From contig CAXHJY010000928.1 of NCBI GenBank assembly GCA_964016885.1, positions 868,001 through 932,000 on the forward strand: a stretch of 64,000 nucleotides of DNA, written 5' to 3'. This document shows positions 54,701 to 64,000 of this stretch, piece after piece (the first letter of the stretch is position 1; every line of letters begins with the position of its first letter). The position numbers and the translations under genes were made by a program. Under the pieces are notes generated by a model. That model worked only from the letters and a program-made list of their open reading frames with translations. It was not told the DNA's origin and did no database searches. The stretch comes from Eledone cirrhosa. Taxonomy: Eukaryota.

Positions 54701-57700
54701 TGATTCCTCTTATACCTAGTTTCTCTCTCAGTCCATCCATACACATCACATGTTATATACCAACACAGTCTCCTCTCCTACACACTATATCTGATTCCTC
54801 TCTTACCTAGTTTCTCTCTCCATCCATACACATCACATGTCTATACCAACACAGTCTCCTCTCCTCCACACTACATCTGATTCCACTTATACCTAGTTTC
54901 TGTGTCAGTCCATCCGTACACATCACATGTCTATACCAACACAGTCTCCTCTCCTACACACTACATCTGATTCCTCTTATACCTAGTTTCTCTCTCAGTT
55001 CATCCATACACATCACATGTCTATACCAACACAGTCTCCTCTCCTACATCTGATTCCTCTTATACCTAGTTTCTCTCTCAGTTCATCCATACACATCACA
55101 TGTCTATACCAACACAGTCTCCTCTCCTACACACTACATCTGATTCCTCTTATACCTAGTTTCTCCCTCAGTTCATCCATACACATCACATGTCTATACC
55201 AACAGAGTCTCCTCTCCTACACACTACATCTGATTCCTCTTATACCTAGTTTCTCTCCCAGTTCATCCATACACATCACATGTCTATACCAATACAGTCT
55301 CCTCTCCTACACACTACATCTGATTCCTCTTATACCTAGTTTCTCTCCCAGTTCATCCATACACATCACATGTCTATACCAACACAGTCTCCTCTCCTAC
55401 ACACTACATCTGATTCCTCTTATACCTAGTTTCTCTGTCAGTCCATCCGTACACATCACATGTCTATACCAACACAGTCTCCTCTCCTACACACTACATC
55501 TGATTCCTCTTATACCTAGTTTCGCTCTCAGTCCATCCATACACATCACATGTCTATACCAACACAGTCTCCTCTCCTACACACTACATCTGATTCATCT
55601 TATAGCTAGTTTCTCTCTCCGTCCAACCCTACACATCACATGTCTATACCAACACAGTCTCCTCTCCTACACACTACATCTGATTCCTCTCATACCTAGT
55701 TTCTCTCTCAGTCCAACCCTACACATCACATGTCTATACCAACACAGTCTCCTCTCCTACACACTATATCTGATTCCTCTCTTACCTAGTTTCTCTCTCC
55801 ATCCATACACATCACATGTCTATACCAACATGGTCTCCTCTCCTACACACTACATCTGATTCCTCTTCTACCTAGTTTCTGTCACCATCCATACACATCA
55901 CATGTCTATACCAACAGAGTCTCCTCTCCTACACACTACATCTGATTCCTCTTATACTTAGTTTCTCTCTCCATCCATACACATCACATGTCTATCCCAA
56001 CACAGTCTCCTCTCCTACATCTGATTCCTCTTATACCTAGTTTCTCTGTCAGTCCATGCATACACATCACATGTTTATACCAACACAGTCTCCTCTCCTA
56101 CACACTACATCTAATTCCTCTTATACCTAGTTTCTCTCCCAGTTCATTCATACACATCACATGTCTATTCCAACACAGTCTCCTCTCCTACACACTACAT
56201 CTGATTCCTCTCATACCTAGTTTCTCTCTCCATCCATACACATCACATGTCTATACCAACACAGTCTCCTCTCCTACACACTACATCTGATTCCTCTCAT
56301 ACCTAGTTTCTCTCTCAGTTCATCCACACACATCACATGTCTATACCAACAGGGTCTCCTCTCCTACACCCTACATCTGATTACTGTTATACCTAGTTTC
56401 TCTCTCAGTTCATCCATTCACATCACATGTCTATACCAACACAATCTCTTCTACTACGCACTACATCTGATTCCTCTTCTACCTAGTTTCTATCTCAGTT
56501 CATCCATACACATCACATGTCTATACCAACACAGGCTCCTCTCCTACACACTACATCTGATTCCTCTTCTACCTAGTTTCTCTCTCCATCCATACACATC
56601 ACATGTCTATACCAACACAGTCTCCTCTCCTACACACTACATCTGATTCTTCTCATACCTAGTTTCTCTCTGTCCATCCATACACATCACATGCCTATGC
56701 CATCACTGTCTCCCCTGCTACACACTACATCTGATTCCTCTTATAACTAGTTTCTCTCCCACTTCATCCATATACATCACATGTCTATACCAACACAGTC
56801 TCCTCTCCTACACTCTACATCTGATTCCTCTTATACCTAGTTTCTCTCTCAGTTCATCCATACACATCACATGTCTATACCAATACAGTCTCCTCTCCTA
56901 CACACTACATCTGATTCCTCTTATACCTAGTTTCACTCTCAGTCCATGCATACACATCACATGTCTATACCAATACAGTCTCCTCTCCTACACTCTACAT
57001 CTGATTCCTCTCTTACCTAGTTTCTCTCTCCATCCATACACATCACATGTCTATACCAACACAGTCTCCTCTACTACGCACTACATCTGATTCCTCTTAT
57101 ACCTAGTTTCTCTTTCAGTCCATGCATACACATCACATGTCTATACCAACACAGTCTCCTCTCCTACACACTACATCTGATTTCTCTTATACTTAGTTTC
57201 TTTCCCAGTTCATCCATACACATCACATGTCTATACCAACACAGTCTCCTCTCCTGCACACTACATCTGATTCCTCTTATACCTAGTTTCTCTGTCAGTC
57301 CATCCATACACATCACATGTCTATACCAATAGAGTCTCCTCTCCTACACACTACATCTGATTCCTCTTATACCTAGTTTCTCTCCCAGTTCATCCATACA
57401 CATCAAGTGTCTATACCAACACAGTCTCCTCTCCTACACACTACATCTGATTCCTCTTATACCTAGTTTCTCTGTCAGTCCATCCATACACATCACGTGT
57501 CTATACCAACACAGTCTCCTCTCCTACACACTACATCTGATTCCTCTTATACCTAGTTTCCCTCTCAGTTGATCCACACACATCACATGTCTATGACAAC
57601 ACAGTCTCCTCTCCTACACACTACATCCAATTCCTCTTATGCCTAGTTTCTCTCTCCATCCATACACATCACATGTCTATACCAACACAGTCTCCTCTCA

Positions 57701-60700
57701 TACACACTACATCTGATTCCTCTTCTACCTAGTTTCTCTATCCATCCATACACATCACATGTCTATACCAACACAGTCTCCCCTCCTACATCTGATTTCT
57801 CTTAAACCTAGTTTCCCTCTCAGTCCATCCATACACATCACATGTCTATACCAACACAGTCTCCTCTACTACACACTACATCTGATTCCTCTTAAACCTA
57901 GTTTCCCTCTCAGTCCATCCATACACATCACATGTCTATACCAACACAGTCTCCTCTCATACACACTACATCTGATTCCTCTTATACCTAGTTTATCTGT
58001 CCATCCATACACATCACATGTCTATACCAACACAGTCTCCCCTCCTACATCTGATTCCTCTTATACCTAGTTTCTCACTCAGTTCATCCATACACATCAC
58101 ATGTCTATACCAACAGTCTCCTCTCATACACACTACATCTGATTTCTATTATACCTAGTTACTCTCTCCATCCATACACATCACATGTCTATACCAACAC
58201 AGTCTCCTCTCCTACATCTGATTCCTCTTATACCTAGTTTCACTCTCAGTCCATCCATACACATCACATGTCTATACCAACACAGTCTCCTCTCCTTCAC
58301 ACTACATCTGATTCCTCTTATACCTAGTTTCTCTCCCAGTTCATCCATGCACATCACATGTCTATACCAACACAGTCTTCTCTCCTACACACTACATCTG
58401 ATTCCTCTTATACCTAGTTTCTCTCTCAGCTCATCCATACACATCACATGTCTATACCAACACAGTCTCGTCTCCTACACACTACCTCTGATTCCTCTTA
58501 TACCTAGTTTCTCTCTCCATCCATACACATCACACGTCTATACCAACACAGTCTTCTCTCCTACACACTACATCTGATTCCTCTTATACCTAGTTTCTCT
58601 CTCAGTCCATCCATACACATCACATGTTTATACCAACACAGTCTCCTCTCCTACACACTACATCTGATTCCTCTTATACCTAGTTTCTTTCCCAGTTCAT
58701 CCATGCACATCACATGTCTATACCAACACAGTCTCCTCTCCTACACACTATATCTGATTCCTCTCTTACCTAGTTTCTCTCTCCATCCATACACATCACA
58801 TGTCTATACCAACACAGTCTTCTCTCCTACACACTACATCTGATTTCTCTTATACCTAGTTTCTCTCCCAGTTCATCCTTACACATCACATGCCTATGCC
58901 AACACAGTCTCCTCTCCTACACACTACATCTGATTCCTCTTATACCTAGTTTCGCTCTCAGTCCATCCATACACATCACATGTCTATACCAACACAGTCT
59001 CCTCTCCTACACACTACATCTGATTCCTCTTATAGCTAGTTTCTCTCTCCGTCCAACCCTACACATCACATGTCTATACCAACACAGTCTCCTCTCCTAC
59101 ACACTACATCTGATTCCTCTCATACCTAGTTTCTCTCTCAGTCCAACCCTACACATCACATGTCTATACCAACACAGTCTCCTCTCCTACACACTATATC
59201 TGATTCCTCTCTTACCTAGTTTCTCTCTCCATCCATACACATCACATGTCTATACCAACACGGTCTCCTCTCCTACACACTACATCTGATTCCTCTTCTA
59301 CCTAGTTTCTGTCACCATCCATACACATCACATGTCTATACCAACAGAGTCTCCTCTCCTACACACTACATCTGATTCCTCTTATACCTAGTTTCTCTCT
59401 CCATCCATTCACATCACATGTCTATACCAACACAACTCTTCTCCTACGCTCTACATCTGATTCCTCTTATACCTAGTTTCTCTCTCCATCCATACACATC
59501 ACATGTCTATACCAACACATCTCCTCTCCTACATCTGATTCCTCTTATACCTAGTTTCTCTGTCAGTCCATGCATACACATCACATGTCTATACCAACAC
59601 AGTCTCCTCTCCTACACACTACATCTGATTCCTCTTATACCTAGTTTCTCTCTCAGTTCATCAATACACATCACATGTCTATACCAACACAGTCTCCTCT
59701 CCTACATCTGATTCCTCTTATACCTAGTTTCTCTCTCAGTTCATCCATACACATCACATGTCTATACCAACACAGTCTCCTCTCCTACACACTACATCTG
59801 ATTCCTCTTATACCTAGTTTCTCCCTCAGTTCATCCATACACATCACATGTCTATACCAACAGAGTCTCCTCTCCTACACACTACATCTGATTCCTCTTA
59901 TACCTAGTTTCTCTCCCAGTTCATCCATACACATCACATGTCTATACCAATACAGTCTCCTCTCCTACACACTACATCTGATTCCTCTTATACCTAGTTT
60001 CTCTCCCAGTTCATCCATACACATCACATGTCTATACCAACACAGTCTCCTCTCCTACACACTACATCTGATTCCTCTTATACCTAGTTTCTCTGTCAGT
60101 CCATCCGTACACATCACATGTCTATACCAACACAGTTTCCTCTCCTACACACTACATCTGATTCCTCTTATACCTAGTTTCGCTCTCAGTCCATCCATAC
60201 ACATCACATGTCTATACCAACACAGTCTCCTCTCCTACACACTACATCTGATTCCTCTTATAGCTAGTTTCTCTCTCCGTCCAACCCTACACATCACATG
60301 TCTATACCAACACAGTCTCCTCTCCTACACACTACATCTGATTCCTCTCATACCTAGTTTCTCTCTCAGTCCAACCCTACACATCACATGTCTATACCAA
60401 CACAGTCTCCTCTCCTACACACTATATCTGATTCCTCTCTTACCTAGTTTCTCTCTCCATCCATACACATCACATGTCTATACCAACACGGTCTCCTCTC
60501 CTACACACTACATCTGATTCCTCTTCTACCTAGTTTCTGTCACCATCCATACACATCACATGTCTATACCAACAGAGTCTCCTCTCCTACACACTACATC
60601 TGATTCCTCTTATACCTAGTTTCTCTCTCCATCCATTCACATCACATGTCTATACCAACACAACTCTTCTCCTACGCTCTACATCTGATTCCTCTTATAC

Positions 60701-63700
60701 CTAGTTTCTCTCTCCATCCATACACATCACATGTCTATACCAACACAGTCTCCTCTCCTACATCTGATTCCTCTTATACCTAGTTTCTCTGTCAGTCCAT
60801 GCATACACATCACATGTCTATACCAACACAGTCTCCTCTCCTACACACTACATCTAATTCCTCTTATACCTAGTTTCTCTCCCAGTTCATTCATACACAT
60901 CACATGTCTATTCCAACACAGTCTCCTCTCCTACACACTACATCTGATTCCTCTTACACCTAGTTTCTCTCTCCATCCATACACATCACATGTCTATACC
61001 AACACAGTCTCCTCTCCTACACACTACATCTGATTCCTCTCATACCTAGTTTCTCTCTCAGTTCATCCACACACATCACATGTCTATACCAACAGGGTCT
61101 CCTCTCCTACACCCTACATCTGATTCCTGTTATACCTAGTTTCTCTCTCAGTTCATCCATTCACATCACATGTCTATACCAACACAATCTCTTCTCCTAC
61201 ACACTACATCTGATTCCTCTTCTACCTAGTTTCTATCTCAGTTCATCCATACCCATCACATGTCTATACCAACACAGGCTCCTCTCCTACACACTACATC
61301 TGATTCCTCTTCTACCTAGTTTCTCTCTCCATCCATACACATCACATGTCTATACCAACACAGTCTCCTCTCCTACACACTACATCTGATTCCTCTCATA
61401 CCTAGTTTCTCTCTGTCCATCCATACACATCACATGCCTATGCCATCACTGTCTCCCCTGCTACACACTACATCTGATTCCTCTTATAACTAGTTTCTCT
61501 CCCACTTCATCCATATACATCACATGTCTATACCAACACAGTCTCCTCTCCTACACTCTACATCTGATTCCTCTTATACCTAGTTTCTCTCTCAGTTCAT
61601 CCATACACATCACATGTCTATACCAATACAGTCTCCTCTCCTACACACTACATCTGATTCCTCTTATACCTAGTTTCACTCTCAGTCCATGCATACACAT
61701 CACATGTCTATACCAATACAGTCTCCTCTCCTACACTCTACATCTGATTCCTCTCTTACCTAGTTTCTCTCTCCATCCATACACATCACATGTCTATACC
61801 AACACAGTCTCCTCTACTACACACTACATCTGATTCCTCTTATACCTAGTTTCTCTTTCAGTCCATGCATACACATCACATGTCTATACCAACACAGTCT
61901 CCTCTCCTACACACTACATCTGATTTCTCTTATACTTAGTTTCTTTCCCAGTTCATCCATACACATCACATGTCTATACCAACACAGTCTCCTCTCCTAC
62001 ACACTACATCTGATTCCTCTTATACCTAGTTTCTCTGTCAGTCCATCCATACACATCACATGTCTATACCAATAGAGTCTCCTCTCCTACACACTACATC
62101 TGATTCCTCTTATACCTAGTTTCTCTCCCAGTTCATCCATACACATCAAGTGTCTATACCAACACAGTCTCCTCTCCTACACACTACATCTGATTCCTCT
62201 TATACCTAGTTTCTCTGTCAGTCCATCCATACACATCACGTGTCTATACCAACACAGTCTCCTCTCCTACACACTACATCTGATTCCTCTTATACCTAGT
62301 TTCTCTCTCAGTTGATCCACACACATCACATGTCTATGACAACACAGTCTCCTCTCCTAAACACTACATCCAATTCCTCTTATGCCTATTTTCTCTCTCC
62401 ATCCATACACATCACATGTCTATACCAACACAGTCTCCTCTCATACACACTACATCTGATTCCTCTTCTACCTAGTTTCTCTATCCATCCATACACATCA
62501 CATGTCTATACCAACACAGTCTCCCCTCCTACATCTGATTTCTCTTAAACCTAGTTTCCCTCTCAGTCCATCCATACACATCACATGTCTATACCAACAC
62601 AGTCTCCTCTACTACACACTACATCTGATTCCTCTTAAACCTAGTTTCCCTCTCAGTCCATCCATACACATCACATGTCTATACCAACACAGTCTCCTCT
62701 CATACACACTACATCTGATTCCTCTTATACCTAGTTTATCTGTCCATCCATACACATCACATGTCTACACCAACACAGTCTCCCCTCCTACATCTGATTC
62801 CTCTTATACCTAGTTTCTCACTCAGTTCATCCATACACATCACATGTCTATACCAACAGTCTCCTCTCATACACACTACATCTGATTTCTATTATACCTA
62901 GTTACTCTCTCCATCCATACACATCACATGTCTATACCAACACAGTCTCCTCTCCTACATCTGATTCCTCTTATACCTAGTTTCACTCTCAGTCCATCCA
63001 TACACATCACATGTCTATACCAACACAGTCTCCTCTCCTTCACACTACATCTGATTCCTCTTATACCTAGTTTCTCTCCCAGTTCATCCATGCACATCAC
63101 ATGTCTATACCAACACAGTCTTCTCTCCTACACACTACATCTGATTCCTCTTATACCTAGTTTCTCTCTCAGCTCATCCATACACATCACATGTCTATAC
63201 CAACACAGTCTCGTCTCCTACACACTACCTCTGATTCCTCTTATACCTAGTTTCTCTCTCCATCCATACACATCACACGTCTATACCAACACAGTCTTCT
63301 CTCCTACACACTACATCTGATTCCTCTTATACCTAGTTTCTCTCTCAGTCCATCCATACACATCACATGTCTATACCAACACAGTCTCCTCTCCTACACA
63401 CTACATCTGATTCCTCTTATACCTAGTTTCTTTCCCAGTTCATCCATGCACATCACATGTCTATACCAACACAGTCTCCTCTCCTACACACTATATCTGA
63501 TTCCTCTCTTACCTAGTTTCTCTCTCCATCCATACACATCACATGTCTGTACCAACACAGTCTTCTCTCCTACACACTACATCTGATTCCTCTTATACCT
63601 AGTTTCTCTCCCAGTTCATCCTTACACATCACATGCCTATGCCAACACAGTCTCCTCTCCTACACACTACATCTGATTCCTCTTATACCTAGTTTCTCTG

Positions 63701-64000
63701 TCAGTCCATCCATACACATCTTGTGTCTATACCAACACAGTCTCCTCTCCTACACACTACATCTGATTCCTCTTATACCTAGTTTCTCTGTCAGTCCATC
63801 CATAAACATCACATGTCTATACCAACACAGTCTCCTCTCCTACACACTACATCTGATTCCTCTTATACCTAGTTTCTCTCTCAGTTCATCCACACACATC
63901 ACATGTCTATACCAACACAGTCTCCTCTCCTACACACTACATCTGATTCCTCTTATACCTAGTTTCTCTCTCCATCCATACACATCACATGTCTATACCA
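33701..64000 (+). repeat. ~90-bp tandem satellite (~340 units; 83/86/88/90/91-bp variants) derived from RTE LINE coding sequence; runs off the right window edge
   Basis: Consensus CCATCCATACACATCACATGTCTATACCAACACAGTCTCCTCTCCTACACACTACATCTGATTCCTCTTATACCTAGTTTCTCTCTCAGT. Its reverse complement translates as LREKLGIRGIRCSV*ERRLCWYRHVMCMD(G/E), in frame with the single-copy RTE remnant to the left. Confidence 0.98.
55000..63700 (+). repeat. Tandem higher-order duplication, period ~4.7 kb (4,743 bp), within the 90-bp array (boundaries approximate)
   Basis: ORF-track pairs 55988/60731, 57759/62502 and 58185/62928 differ by 4,743. The pair 55017/59675 differs by 4,658 (one monomer less). The private variant ATGCCTATGCCATCACTGTCTCCCCTGC is seen at ~56,691 and ~61,434. 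Confidence 0.9.

Noticed and set aside
33554-63320. Many + strand ORFs (SIHITCLYQHSLLSYTLHLIPLIPSFSLS etc.)
   Set aside because: These are antisense readings of the RTE-derived 90-mer, broken constantly by non-triplet indels.
1-64000. CRISPR array or other prokaryotic repeat-spacer system
   Set aside because: There are no unique spacers and no cas or other prokaryotic genes; units are contiguous. The spliceosomal exon and LINE indicate an animal genome.
33701-64000. Recursive-splicing (ratchet) sites in the 90-bp array
   Set aside because: Acceptor-like AGs are followed by TT/TC, not GT, so they cannot regenerate a canonical donor.

Overview
Eukaryotic (animal) genomic DNA, about 99% tandem repeat. 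Positions 1-~32,953 are one head-to-tail array of a 15-bp unit (AAATTACTGGGAG+AT/TC/TT, ~2,200 copies) with multi-kb higher-order duplications. Positions 33,701-64,000 are a second array of a ~90-bp unit (~340 copies), also with higher-order structure. Only ~750 bp of unique sequence separates them, and it explains the window. (i) It holds a 137-bp + strand exon (33,277-33,413), missed by the ORF track, whose translation aligns without gaps to the C-terminal helix of the STIM CAD/SOAR Orai-activating domain. (ii) It holds the 3' end of a dead RTE-clade LINE on the - strand, with a degenerate (GAT)n tail. The 90-bp satellite monomer is a 30-codon piece of that same LINE ORF, amplified in place after it had acquired a stop codon. 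Best model: one small conserved STIM exon between two giant (>30 kb each) satellite-filled introns, one of them a LINE-derived satellite still attached to its parent element. The long repeat ORFs in the track are artefacts of 15/90-bp periodicity. All homology calls are by eye from remembered family sequences and need database confirmation.
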